Shown here: positions 38,891 through 48,828 of the stretch, piece after piece
Layout: the number at the start of each line of letters is the position of its first letter
Numbering within the stretch: position 1 is the first letter of the stretch
DNA from: an uncultured Acidimicrobiaceae bacterium
GTDB taxonomy: Bacteria; Actinomycetota; Acidimicrobiia; Acidimicrobiales; RAAP-2
DNA length: 64,000 nucleotides
Reading direction: 5' to 3'
Assembly: GCA_963730395.1 (NCBI GenBank)
Contig: CAVSSK010000004.1
Location: forward strand, 194,110-258,109
Notes under the pieces: generated by a model
What the model was told of the DNA's origin: nothing
Database searches by the model: none
Seen by the model: the letters and a program-made list of their open reading frames with translations, nothing else
Program-made: the position numbers and the translations under genes

Positions 38891-39202
38891 CAGGGTTCGG
38901 GTAGGGATCGGTGTCTCCGGCAGGCAACAGTCGTCGAGTTCGGGATTGCCGGGAGAGACGGCACCGCCCTGGCCCCACATAAGACTGGCACGTTCCGAAA
39001 CCTCGCTCTGACGGACGTATCGGCGCATCGGGCCGGCCGGGTGAGCCTGTTGTGCGAAATGTGAGAGTTCGAGGTGGGCGAGGGCTTTTCAGGCTTGCGC
39101 CGCCCGGGAGGCGTCCCGGGGTGACGGAGCGGGCTGGTGCCGGACGGACCGCCCTGCGCCGCGGTCCGGCTGGGTGACGGCCGCCCGGGAGGCTCTCGCC
39201 GA

Positions 39203-40297
39203 CTATCCGTTGTGAGCCAGGAAGACGGACTGGAGCGACGGGCTGGCGGCGAGCGGCTGGTCACCGTTCTGCGTGCCCCAGGAATAGGCATAGTCAAAGA
39301 CGGGGGTTGGAACCAGCGACTCCCACGTCGCCAGGATTGCGGACTCTTGGGCGGCGGTCGGGAGTTGGTAGGAGCCCCCTCCGTCGTCGACCCAGGCGCC
39401 GCCGCCGAACGCCTGGTACACGGGCACGATGTCGGCCAGCGGGATGCCGGCCGCCTCCGCCGCGGTCACCGCGAGGCCCAACCAGGAGTACGCGCAGGGA
39501 GCGGAGGCAGGGTTCTCCGAGCGGCACGGATACGGATCGAGCCCGTACAGGTCGATGTCGCTGTTGGCCGGGTTGTAACCGCCCTGATAAGTCGGGTGGT
39601 TGGAGCTCGACAAGTCCAATTCGATGATGAAGGTGTAGGTCCCGGGATCGTTCGCATGAATCCAATCCGACTCCGCCTTCAGGTTCGCCGCGCTGCAGGA
39701 GGATGGGTTGGGTTCGTCCATGAGGTAGAAGCCGAAGACCTTGGGATCGCCGACGAAGCTCTGGACGGTCGACTGGAACGACGGGGTCGCACCATCGCAC
39801 GATCCGATCCACACGAGCCCTTTGACGCCCGCAGGGAGCGCCGCCACGAGATCGTTCGAGGACACGTCGGCAACGTTGAACCCGTCGGCGCCGGGCACAT
39901 AGGTCGACCCTGAGAGGTTCCCGTTCGCGGTGAAGTGCTCGGACGTGTGCGGACCACTCGGCGCCGGCGCAGGTGCGGGAGGAGCGGGAGGCGCGGTCGT
40001 CGCCGTCCTCGGGGCCAGCGTGCTCTTGGTGGGGGGCAGCGTGGTCGTCGTGGGGGCAACGGTGGTCGTCGTGGGGGCCAGGGTCGTTGTGGTCGGGGGA
40101 CGAGAGGTCGTGGTGGAGGCTCTCGGGGCGGCGGTCACCGCTCGCTTGGGGGCCACGGAGTTCCCGTCATGGAACGCCAAGGCGTAGGCACCGAGCAGCA
40201 CGATGGCGGCAAGCAGTGCGCCGCCGACCCATTTCACGGACGCGGGGACGCCAGCCATGACACCGCTTCCTCCCTGGTCGTCCATCTCTGGATCCAT
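39203..40297 (-). CDS. Membrane-anchored extracellular protein, possible glycoside-hydrolase-like TIM-barrel domain
   Basis: N-terminal TM helix (WVGGALLAAIVLLGAYAL), a Thr/Pro-rich linker, then ...GLVWIGSCDG...VFGFYLMDEPN... The function is a guess. Confidence 0.45.
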   Translation of the reverse strand: MDPEMDDQGGSGVMAGVPASVKWVGGALLAAIVLLGAYALAFHDGNSVAPKRAVTAAPRASTTTSRPPTTTTLAPTTTTVAPTTTTLPPTKSTLAPRTATTAPPAPPAPAPAPSGPHTSEHFTANGNLSGSTYVPGADGFNVADVSSNDLVAALPAGVKGLVWIGSCDGATPSFQSTVQSFVGDPKVFGFYLMDEPNPSSCSAANLKAESDWIHANDPGTYTFIIELDLSSSNHPTYQGGYNPANSDIDLYGLDPYPCRSENPASAPCAYSWLGLAVTAAEAAGIPLADIVPVYQAFGGGAWVDDGGGSYQLPTAAQESAILATWESLVPTPVFDYAYSWGTQNGDQPLAASPSLQSVFLAHNG

Positions 40298-40529
40298 CCG
40301 TGATTCCCCCCGGGCTCCGCCGATGTCCTAGCAACTTTCTCATCTGGCAACCAGCGTCTGGTTGATGGCAGGCGGTGGCGTGGTCGCCGCCGTGCAGGCC
40401 GATCTCGCCGTCGTTCGAGCGACGCGGCCCCGTTAATTGCGTCGAAGCGAGCCGTGACCAGCGGTGATGACCCGGTCGGTTTGGTAGACCCTCGTGGTCG
40501 CCTGATCTGCGAGGGCACGCGCCGACACG

Positions 40530-40551
40530 GTGCCCGGAGCGGGACTCGAAC
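40530..40551. repeat. Distal 22-bp direct repeat identical to the 3' end of tRNA-Leu(CAA) (att-like island boundary)
   Basis: gtgcccggagcgggactcgaac at 40530-40551 equals 51906-51927, in the same orientation. Confidence 0.75.
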
Positions 40552-40851
40552 TCCCGTCGTAGTAGTGACGGCGAGTGATGAGGAATCCGGCTCAGTCCGC
40601 CTGACCAGCATGTCCGCATTCCGGGGGAGGGGAGTCGGGTTGTCCTGTCCGGGTCGGTTATGGGGCGTTTGTGACCACTCTTGTGACCAACTAGCCGGTA
40701 GCGGGTCAGTTTGAGCCGGGGGGTAATCCGGCGGGGCGGAAATCTGATGGCGCGTCACTCAGGTGCCGGGCCGCGGCTTTGCGCCTAAAGCCCTGGCTGC
40801 ACCGCAAGTCTGACTCCTGCATCAAAAACCCTGCATTCGTAGGCTCTGAAA

Positions 40852-41685
40852 ATGCAGAACGCCGTCACCTTGGTCGTCGGCATTGTCGCGGGTCTCGCCC
40901 TGATCGCGTTGGGTGTGCGCTGGGCGGAAGATCGGCAATCCAAAAAGGCGCCCCGCCCAACGCCAGCCGAGCCGAAAAACTGGTTTCGTCACCTTCAATC
41001 GAAAACCCCAGCGCTGGTTGGTGAAGTGGGTACTTACCTCATTGCCGGTGGGATTGGTGCACTCTTGGCCTGGTATGGGGCGGTCAGTGCCAGCTTTCAG
41101 CCCCACAAACTTCACTACGTCGCCGCCGCATCAGTAATAGCGGTAGGGGCGGTCGTAGTCGGTGTCATTCTGCGGGTCGTCGGGGGTAAGGACAACGCCC
41201 TCATCCGGGAACTTCGGGCAGAAATCGAACGCCTTTGGGCGGCCCTTGCACCCAAGGGTGCCGCGTCGTGGTCCACGGTTCCCGGCGTCGCCGCATCGGT
41301 CGGCGCTACCGGCGCTACTGGACCCATTCCGCTACCGGGGCCGCAGAGTTCCACTGGACCACAGGGACCCGCCGTAAGCAGTGAGAACCGCTACATAAGT
41401 GGTGGCATCGTCGGTGGCATTATTCGTCCGCTCGGTTCCGCAGGACCCACTGGGCCACAAGGGGGAGTTAGTCATCCGACCGGCCCCCCGCGTTCCATCG
41501 AGACAACAGGGCCGTCCTCGGATCAGCCGATCGACGCTCAGGAAGTCAAAGCTCGTGAATGCTCGCGATCCGCACGCACAAGTTGTAGGCGATCACTTTG
41601 CACAGAACCTCGGGAGGTCGAGCGGGATCGGGGGACCGGGGAAAACGATGGGAGAAATAGTCAAGACCTGTGGATGAGAATCTGA
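40852..41685 (+). CDS. Membrane protein with short collagen-like G-X-Y runs; the last codons are replaced by the IS insertion
   Basis: Three or four TM helices, then GATGATGPIPLPGPQSSTGPQGP and GSAGPTGPQGGVSHPTGPP. The reading frame runs into the IS256 element at 41652. Without the IS it would end ...GENDGSA*. Confidence 0.5.
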   Translation: MQNAVTLVVGIVAGLALIALGVRWAEDRQSKKAPRPTPAEPKNWFRHLQSKTPALVGEVGTYLIAGGIGALLAWYGAVSASFQPHKLHYVAAASVIAVGAVVVGVILRVVGGKDNALIRELRAEIERLWAALAPKGAASWSTVPGVAASVGATGATGPIPLPGPQSSTGPQGPAVSSENRYISGGIVGGIIRPLGSAGPTGPQGGVSHPTGPPRSIETTGPSSDQPIDAQEVKARECSRSARTSCRRSLCTEPREVERDRGTGENDGRNSQDLWMRI

Positions 41686-43070
41686 CGGACTACGCGGCGA
41701 CCTCTTCGTTCAGCTCTTCTGATCGCTCGACCATCACCCCCTTCTCGAACGTCGCGCCGGCACGAACCAGCGCAACGAGGTGCGGTGCGTTGAGGGCTCG
41801 CCAGCGGGACTGGGCCGACTCGATCAGCTTGTAGGCCATGGCCAGTCCGGCCGCCCGTGAGCCCGGTCCCTTGGTCACCTTGGTGCGAAGGCGCACCGTG
41901 GCGAAGGTGGACTCGATCGGGTTGGTGGTTTTCAGATGCACCCAGTGCTCGGCGGGGAAGGCGTAGAAGGCCAGCAACTCCTCGCGGTCCTTTTCGACCT
42001 TCTCGGTGGCCTTGGGCCACTTGGCCTCGTAGTCCTTCACGAACGCGTCGAGCGCCTTCTCGGCGTGGTCCCGGTCCTCGGCGTCACGGACATCGCAGAG
42101 CGCGGCCCGGGCGGCCGGCTGGGCCGATTTGGGCAGGGCGTTCATGACGTTGGCCATCTTGTGCACCCAGCAGCGCTGGTGCGCCGTCTCGGGGAAGACC
42201 TCGGTGAGCGCACCCCAGAAGCCGAGGGCCCCGTCGCCGACGGCGAGGACCGGGGCGCGCATGCCCCGGCGTTTGAGCCCACGCAGCACGTCGGCCCACG
42301 ACTCGGTCGACTCGCGGTGCCCGTCGGTGATCGAGACCAGCTCTTTGGTCCCGTCGGCGCGCACACCCACGATGACCAGGGCACACAGGCGGGCCTCCTC
42401 GAGGCGGACGTTGAAGTGGATGCCGTCAACGAAGAGGTAGACGTAGTCGACGTCTTTGAGGGACCGGTGCGCGAACTGGTCGCGCTCGCGCTGCCAGTCG
42501 GTCGTCAGCCGGGTGATCACCGAGGCCGAGAGCCCGGCGGCGGAGCCGAAGAACTCCTCGAGGGCGGGGACGAAGTCGCCCGAGCTCATCCCGTGGAGAT
42601 ACATGAGCGGGAGCACCTCGGCCACCTTGGGGGACTTGCGGGCCCACGGCGGCAGGATCGAGGAGCGGAAGCGGCATGCGTTCCCCGGTCTCGTCGTCGA
42701 CCCGGCGGTCGTCGACCCGCGGGGCCCGGACCTCGATCGGTCCTGCCCCGGTGACCAGCGAGCGGGGCTCGGCGTGCCCGTTGCGCACGACCAGGCGATG
42801 CCCGTGTTCGTCGACCTCGTGGGTCAGGCTCGAGATGTAGCCGTCGACCTCGGCCTCGAGGGCGGCGGCCAGCATCCGCCTCGCACCCTCGGCCACGAGC
42901 TCGTCCAGCCCGCTCGACAGCTCCGCGCTCGCGGCCTCCTCAACATGTACTCTCAACATCGGCGTTCCTTCCTGCCAGCGTCTCACCGCCGGCGAACTTG
43001 TTTTGGTCAAACAGGAAGGTACGCCGCGCCTCCGTTCAGGTGGTGCATCCACAGGTTTCGGTTATAACTC
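41652..43070 (-). mobile_element. IS256-family insertion sequence (~1.42 kb) with imperfect terminal IRs and a 9-bp target duplication
   Basis: Ends GAGAAATAGTCAAGACCTGTGGATG (left) and GAGTTATAACCGAAACCTGTGGATG (right, reverse complement). Flanked by aaacgatgg at 41643-41651 and 43071-43079. Confidence 0.75.
41690..42959 (-). pseudogene. IS256-family transposase, frame broken near 42673
   Basis: The N-terminal part MLRVHVEE...LVAEGARRMLAAALEAEVDGYI...RLVVRNGHAEPR...DDETGERM is in one frame. The rest, RFRSSILPPWARKSPKVAEVLPLMYLHGMSSGDFVPALEEF...(311-aa ORF), is in another. The junction reads ATG-C-CGC-TTC. Confidence 0.8.
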
Positions 43071-43838
43071 AAACGATGGGTCGGCGTGAGTCAGGGCGCC
43101 ACTGGGCGCCGCGCCCGCCATCCTCAGAGCGGCTCACGAGTTGCTGCCAGCGGTGAACCGTTGCTGTTAAAGGCCCTACGGTGTGAAACCGACAGCGACA
43201 AGGGACTGCTCGCCTTTAGCAGCGGGCTGTGCACGTGTGAGCGGCTGTGAACTACGAGCAACATTGGCGTGGAGCGCTGCCATCTGTAGCTTTTAACGCC
43301 GCGAAGAAAGAGCGAATGGCGTGGTCGCAGAGGAGACTCGTCTTGATCGCGATGGAAGCGATCGAACGTCAGACCTCCGCTCTCGAAGAAGTTGCTGATG
43401 ACGATTCTGACGTAGAGGGAACGCAGGGATGAGGCCGCGGATCGCCCGTGAGTGGCCCCTGATTTGCCGTAGAGCCGTCGAAGAACACGGCGTGGCGGCA
43501 GCGTCCCAGCATCACAACGTGCATCCCTGACCAATGACACTGACGACTGGATCGTGCCAGTGCCGTGGGATTCCACACGGTGGGCCAGTGGCGTCGGGAC
43601 GGTTGATGTCCGGCAAGAGTGCGCCAGGGCCGGAAATGACTTCCGACCCTGTGCTGCAGGGGTTGCGTGCATCACGATGCAAGCAGGGCTTCGGTCAAGA
43701 TGACCGTCGTTTCGCTCACGCCCATTCAACAAAGAGCCAGGTGTCGTGTGGGGACATTCAAAGGCGGCTCAAAGGAAACGAACTCGCATGACAACTGTGG
43801 AGCCAACTCCGACCACTTCGGGTCGTCATGTGTCCAGC

Positions 43839-43880
43839 GGGGCGGCTGTGTCAGCCGGGGCGGCTGTGTCAGCCGGGGCG
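43839..43880. repeat. Tandem 18-mer ggggcggctgtgtcagcc, 2.3 copies
   Basis: Read directly: two perfect copies at 43839-43856 and 43857-43874, plus a partial third. Confidence 0.8.
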
Positions 43881-44092
43881 ACAACATACAACCAGCTTCA
43901 TTCCGTTCGCTATAAGACCCAGGCTGGCCTGGACTCTTCGCAGGGGAGAATCAGACCAAGGCCATACAACGAGCATTAGTGGAACTGAACGGAAGCGGAT
44001 TGAAGGTCGTGGCTGCAGTCACGGACCGGTGGTCGTTCTGGAAGAGATTGGGGTGCGTGTTGCTGGTCGTTGTCAAGACCAACCCCAAAAGC

Positions 44093-44269
<177 letters not shown>

Positions 44270-44270
<1 letters not shown>

Positions 44271-44511
44271 GCTCACCAATTACGCCAAGAACATCCACGT
44301 TGTAATTCGGATCGAGAAGTTGATGTATCGCAGGAGTCGCAAGGACCGTGATCGAATCCCCGTCAAACACCACGCTGGGCTTCCTCGCTCCCGGGCCGGC
44401 AGCAGAAAGGAAGATCGCAAGTGCGAGCAACCATCTCACAGAGTGCGCAGCGCTATCCGGAGTGACCCCATGCCGACCCCGCCCCCGTACGATGCTCCTA
44501 TGGGTTGTCAA
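44270..44511 (-). pseudogene. N-terminal fragment of an SGNH/GDSL hydrolase running into the homopolymer
   Basis: ...RWLLALAIFLSAAGPGARKPSVVFDGDSITVLATPAIHQLLDPNYNVDVLGVIGER (signal peptide plus GDS block I), then only poly-Gly from the poly-C tract. Confidence 0.5.
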
Positions 44512-45557
44512 GCCCTAATTTCTCGTGAGGTAGGAGGCTGAACACCTCTCGGGCGACATAGCGCTTCAGACATCGCACCGCCTCTTTCTTGGTGAGCCCT
44601 TCTTTCGTCCGTCGATCGATGTACTCGGTGGTGCGCGGGTCATAGACCATGCGGGTTATCACGATGTGCCACAGAGCCGAGTTGGCCTGGCGATCACCGC
44701 TGCGGTTGAGCCGGTGTCGCTCCTGCTTGCCGCTGCTGGCTTCGATCGGTGAGGCACCGCAGAGATGAGCGAAGGCCGCTTCGTCGCGCAGGCGCTCGGG
44801 ATTGTCGCCGGCGGTGACGAACAGTGCCGAGGCGGCGTCGGTGCCCGACGCCGAGAGCGCCGACGAGTCGCGGGGCGGTCTCTATGACCAAGGGCTTGAG
44901 GATGGCGTCGATCTCGGAGATCTCCTCTTCGAGGGTGATGGCCCGCCGGGCCAACATCCGAAGACTGAACTTGGTGAGCGAGACGATGTCGCGCTTGGCC
45001 CCGGGTCGATAGGCCGAGGCCCGCTCGAGGAGATGGAAGACGTTGAGGCCCCGGAGCTCGGTGCGGATGGACTCGGGCGCGGTCGAGATCAGGCTGCGCA
45101 TCTGGTTGAGTGCCTGGGTCCGGCCCTTGCGCGCCGAGAACCTCGCGACGCGCAAAACCCGCATGGATTCGACGTTTCCGTCCCTCGTCTTGGCTTCACC
45201 GCAGGCGTCGCCCGAGAGGGCGGCACGGGCGGCCGAGATGGCGTCTTGGGGGTCGGACTTGCCCTTGCGCCGGCGGCGCTGGCGGTTGGGACGATCGACT
45301 TCGACGACGCGGACCCGCTCGGCCTGGAGGTGGCGGGTCAGCCCGGCCCCATAGGAACCGGTCCCTTCGACCCCGACCAGCTCGACGGGGCCGAAGTCGC
45401 TCAGCCACCCCAGCAACTTCTTGTAGCCGCTCTCGGTGGTGGCGAAGCTCTCGACACCGAGGAGGGCTCCTCGTTCGTCCAAAGCCGCAGCTACATGGAC
45501 GTCGAGGTGCGTATCGACCCCGCCGGTGATGCTCCGTGCCAAATTGGTCACTGTCAT
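44498..45557 (-). mobile_element. IS110-family transposase gene (element ends not determined), frame broken near 44843
   Basis: N-terminal DEDD domain ...GGVDTHLDVHVAAALDERG...VGVEGTGSYGAGL... The C-terminal part I translated in another frame: TDAASALFVTAGDNPERLRDEAAFAHLCGASPIEASSGKQERHRLNRSGDRQANSALWHIVITRMVYDPRTTEYIDRRTKEGLTKKEAVRCLKRYVAREVF...*, with its stop at 44498-44500. Confidence 0.8.
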
Positions 45558-45923
45558 CCCTTCGTTGGATTGGGTTGGGGTGACACCGCACCTGCGGGAC
45601 GACGGACAAGACAGCGACGGGCCTGTTTCAGGCAGGCTCCTATTAGGTCACTCCGTCCGACCGGTGGGTGTCGAGTGGGTGACCGGGCCAGGCCGACGGA
45701 TCGTACGAAGGACAGTCCGAAAGGACGTCAGCCGGTTAGTTGGAGTCAGACCTGGCCTGGGCACCCACCCACACGCTGACCAATCCATTCACCGAAGTGG
45801 TGGATCATCCAGCGGCCACTTCAATCCTCGCTGCCGGTCCGGGGTGCGCCTCTGCGGTAGGACGGAGACTACTCTCGGAAGCGGAGACCTCGACTGATCA
45901 GACGACACATTGAGGAGCATCAG

Positions 45924-46199
45924 ATGGCAAGGGTATTGATGGTTGTGCAGCATCCCGTGAAGGACTTTGACGCTTGGCGGATCGAATATGACAAGGCGCA
46001 ACCGATACGTGACAAGCACGGGGTCACCGACGCCACCGTCTTTCGGAATGCCGATGATCCGAACGAGATTACGGGGCTGCACTGGTTCTCTTCGGTCGAT
46101 GAAGCTCACGCCTTCGCCGACGATCCCGATCTGAAAGACGCCATGGCTAGAGCGGGCGTGAGCGGACCACCCCGCATCGAAATCAGCGTCGAGGTGTAA
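45924..46199 (+). CDS. Small ferredoxin-fold (ABM/Dabb-like) protein
   Basis: 91 aa, MARVLMVVQHPVKDFDAWRIEYDKAQPIRDKHGVTDATVFRNADDPNEITGLHWFSSVDEAHAFADDPDLKDAMARAGV. Family assigned from memory of similar sequences. Confidence 0.5.
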   Translation: MARVLMVVQHPVKDFDAWRIEYDKAQPIRDKHGVTDATVFRNADDPNEITGLHWFSSVDEAHAFADDPDLKDAMARAGVSGPPRIEISVEV

Positions 46200-46245
46200 T
46201 ACCGACCGGCGCTTGATCGAACTGTCGAAGGAGATCTGTCGAAAT

Positions 46246-46296
46246 CAGCCGTTTGAGGCAGAGGTTCACCCGTAGGCCCCTGCCCACAAACGGCTG
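46246..46296. terminator. Long hairpin between convergent genes (bidirectional terminator candidate)
   Basis: cagccgtttg ...31 nt... caaacggctg (10-bp perfect arms) with inner ggcag/ctgcc pairing. Confidence 0.4.
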
Positions 46297-46390
46297 TGTC
46301 CTCAAGCACCATAGGGGCAGTGGGTCGTCGAACGAGGACCGATTGGGTCGGCAGAGCCGCTTCTCCCGTGACGGGAGGGAGTGCGGCAGC

Positions 46391-46735
46391 TCATTTCGAT
46401 TTGTTCAGGCGGTGACGGAGCTGCCAGATGCGTAGTGACGCCACGATCCCAGCCAGCAGTACGCCACCGACCACTGCAAGGAGGAGAGCAACGCCGAGCG
46501 GCATGTGCACACTCCCGGTGAAGAAGGTCACCTTCACCGACTGGCTGTTCTGGATGATGAAGACCAGCAGGAACACCAGCACCACGACGCCGACGATCAC
46601 GCCTACCCAGACTCCGGAGATTCGGGTGCGTCCTGTTGGACTTCCCGGAGCAGGTGTCGTAAGATCGGGCTCATTCGGCACTTCGGCAGGCTGGGGGGTG
46701 GATGCACCGTCCGACGCTGGAGACTCCTCACTCAT
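46391..46735 (-). CDS. LapA-domain (DUF1049) membrane protein
   Basis: ...GVWVGVIVGVVVLVFLLVFIIQNSQSVKVTFFTGSVHMPLGVALLLAVVGGVLLAGI... Confidence 0.65.
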   Translation of the reverse strand: MSEESPASDGASTPQPAEVPNEPDLTTPAPGSPTGRTRISGVWVGVIVGVVVLVFLLVFIIQNSQSVKVTFFTGSVHMPLGVALLLAVVGGVLLAGIVASLRIWQLRHRLNKSK

Positions 46736-46762
46736 GACGTCACTATCTCGTTCGGGACTGAA

Positions 46763-46957
46763 TCAAGAGTCTCGATGCGCAGCGTCCTTGGCGCTGTCGA
46801 TCGCTTCTCCGACCTTGTGCTCCACCTTCTCGACTGCCTCTTCGAGCTTGTCCTTAGTGTGGCCAACCTTCTCCTTGGCCTCGCCAGCTTGGCGATCTGT
46901 CTTGCCTTCGGCTTCAAGGTCCTTGTTGTCCAGTCATGGTGGTTCACCCTTCTTCAT
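46763..46957 (-). pseudogene. CsbD-like general-stress protein with an in-frame TGA at codon 8 (or a shorter ORF with a non-ATG start)
   Basis: My translation: MKKGEPP*LDNKDLEAEGKTDRQAGEAKEKVGHTKDKLEEAVEKVEHKVGEAIDSAKDAAHRDS*. The track lists a different, Arg-rich frame here (46732..46947). Confidence 0.45.
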
Positions 46958-47068
46958 TGGAGGTGTCGCATCGCCAACGTCCGCTGACGACTCCCACGTC
47001 CCACTGTGCCGTCGTAGCACTGACCTCGCTAGAGGAGTTGGTCCCTGCCAGCCTCTCGTTCAGCCATC

Positions 47069-47644
47069 TCAGGGGGATACCCTCCGGTCGAGATAATGGG
47101 CGCCCCCTCGGAATCGCAGGTAAGAAGTGCTGTGGGGGCGATACTCCGGGATCGGATGGCGGCCGTGGGAGACGCTCGTGACGGGCCCTGCCCCCGAACA
47201 CGGGACAGGATCAGTTGCTTGCTCCCGCACATCGGCGGGCATAAAGATGTCTGGAAGCGTGTCCAGCGACCCCGGACGCCGTATCCGATAACCCGACTCG
47301 ACGACCTGAGCGATCTCGTAACCACCTGCCCACTGCCCCTGCTCATATCTAGTGCGGACTTCGACACTCGACGCCACCTTGTGTTGTGGCGATGTTGGTG
47401 CGACTACATCCGTGACAGCAAATCCTCCCCGTCCATCCGAGGTGCACGTGGATTCGATAGCGGGCGCGAACCGCACGAAGATGTCGCGGCTCCCATCGTC
47501 TGGTGTGAGCAGACCGAACTCTCTTGTGGGACTCGTCCACTGCATTGTGCCTTGGACGATGACACGGCCTCCTTCGATAGGTACTGAGAAGAAGGCGTCG
47601 AGCCTGCACGGGACGACAGCAGATGGGTCGCCCAACTTGAACAA
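47069..47644 (-). CDS. Hypothetical protein with a degenerate cold-shock-like segment
   Basis: ...VIVQGTMQWTSPTREFGLLTPDDGSRDIFVRF... resembles the CspA N-terminal half. The rest is unassignable and the extent is uncertain. Confidence 0.3.
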   Translation of the reverse strand: MFKLGDPSAVVPCRLDAFFSVPIEGGRVIVQGTMQWTSPTREFGLLTPDDGSRDIFVRFAPAIESTCTSDGRGGFAVTDVVAPTSPQHKVASSVEVRTRYEQGQWAGGYEIAQVVESGYRIRRPGSLDTLPDIFMPADVREQATDPVPCSGAGPVTSVSHGRHPIPEYRPHSTSYLRFRGGAHYLDRRVSP

Positions 47645-47871
47645 GGCGTCACTCCCAAGGGGGGACAGTGCTCACATTACTACCAAGCGGGCCGTCTGTG
47701 ATCCCCACGCAATCGGGCCGAACATGGCGGGTGCTCTGAAGCTGTCGGGCCCCGATCGGAGTGCCCCATAACGCCGGGATGTGGGCACTGATCGCCACCG
47801 CTTCTGGGATCCGTCAACCGATAGTTTGCATCGACGTACGGATGGATTGACCGAATAGCCCCTACATCTTG

Positions 47872-48606
47872 CTAGGTGTATTTGTTGGACTTCTTCGGGT
47901 GGAATCGCGAGATGTAAAGACCGAAGGTGATCAACCAAATCGTCACCGGGTACGCAGCGATCCGCTCCATCATTCCGCGACCGATGCCGAAGAACTTGTG
48001 CGAAGCGAAACACAACAGTGCGGTCAGCGCCAGGCTGCTAAAGATCAGCATGGAGCGCCGCATGGACTCCGGCAGGGTGAGTACACCCCCAAGCACGAGG
48101 ATCGCGACGTTGCCGATCGCGATGGCGAGAAAAGCTCCAATGATGTGCATCGTCCGATTCTCGTTCTCGGGAAAGAATCCGACGAGGATCGAACCGAGGC
48201 CTGCCAATGCCATCAACCCGAATCCGAACATCGCGGCGCGCCGCTCGCGAGGGTTTCTCTGGGTGAACTCGTGGTAGAGCAGAGCCGAGCCGATCACCAT
48301 GATCAAGCCGAGCAAGAGGAAGCCGGCGTAGTCCATCAGCCACCAACGAGGTGAGCACATCCCCGGAGAGCCATAGCCGCCGCAGCTGGTTTCGCCCAGA
48401 TCGCTGATCGAGTTCGAGACCAAGCTGTGACTGGGGATGAACACCCAAGCCACGATGATCTGAACCACGAAGTAGAGCGCCGCGGCCGTGAAGATCACAG
48501 GCCCAAAGGACGGATGGGCGTCGTGTCTTCCTTCGATCCATCTGACGATTCGATAGTTACTTTGGTATGGAATGTTCACAGGACTGACTGGGTCTTGGTT
48601 CTCCAC
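47872..48606 (-). CDS. DUF998-family membrane protein
   Basis: 244 aa with six or seven TM helices and ...NSISDLGETSCG... Confidence 0.6.
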   Translation of the reverse strand: MENQDPVSPVNIPYQSNYRIVRWIEGRHDAHPSFGPVIFTAAALYFVVQIIVAWVFIPSHSLVSNSISDLGETSCGGYGSPGMCSPRWWLMDYAGFLLLGLIMVIGSALLYHEFTQRNPRERRAAMFGFGLMALAGLGSILVGFFPENENRTMHIIGAFLAIAIGNVAILVLGGVLTLPESMRRSMLIFSSLALTALLCFASHKFFGIGRGMMERIAAYPVTIWLITFGLYISRFHPKKSNKYT

Positions 48607-48828
48607 CCACCCTCCTCGCCACTGGTCTCAGGTGGGACTCTCTTTAGCGCACTCGTCGGGACAACATCAGCCCAGGACATCGCAGTGCCAAAGAGGGCGG
48701 GATACCTCGCGGTCCGTGCCCTTGAGGCCTTGCCCTATCTCCAGACCAGGCTGACCCCGTGCAGCTCGCCGGGTAGGTGGGACGCCCAGATTCCTCCTCG
48801 CCGGTGCGTGAGCCGCCAAACTGGTGGG

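Noticed and set aside
40530-40625. A second complete tRNA gene at the left island boundary
   Set aside because: The first 22 nt match the tRNA-Leu 3' end and a T-arm-like stem can be drawn. I could not fold a D-arm or an anticodon arm, and the acceptor pairing is imperfect. I treat it as an att-site remnant.
43124-43732. 202-aa minus-strand ORF between the IS256 element and the poly-C tract
   Set aside because: The composition (many Ser/Arg/His and scattered Cys) and the absence of motifs do not look like a real protein. The region is more likely degraded or non-coding island DNA.
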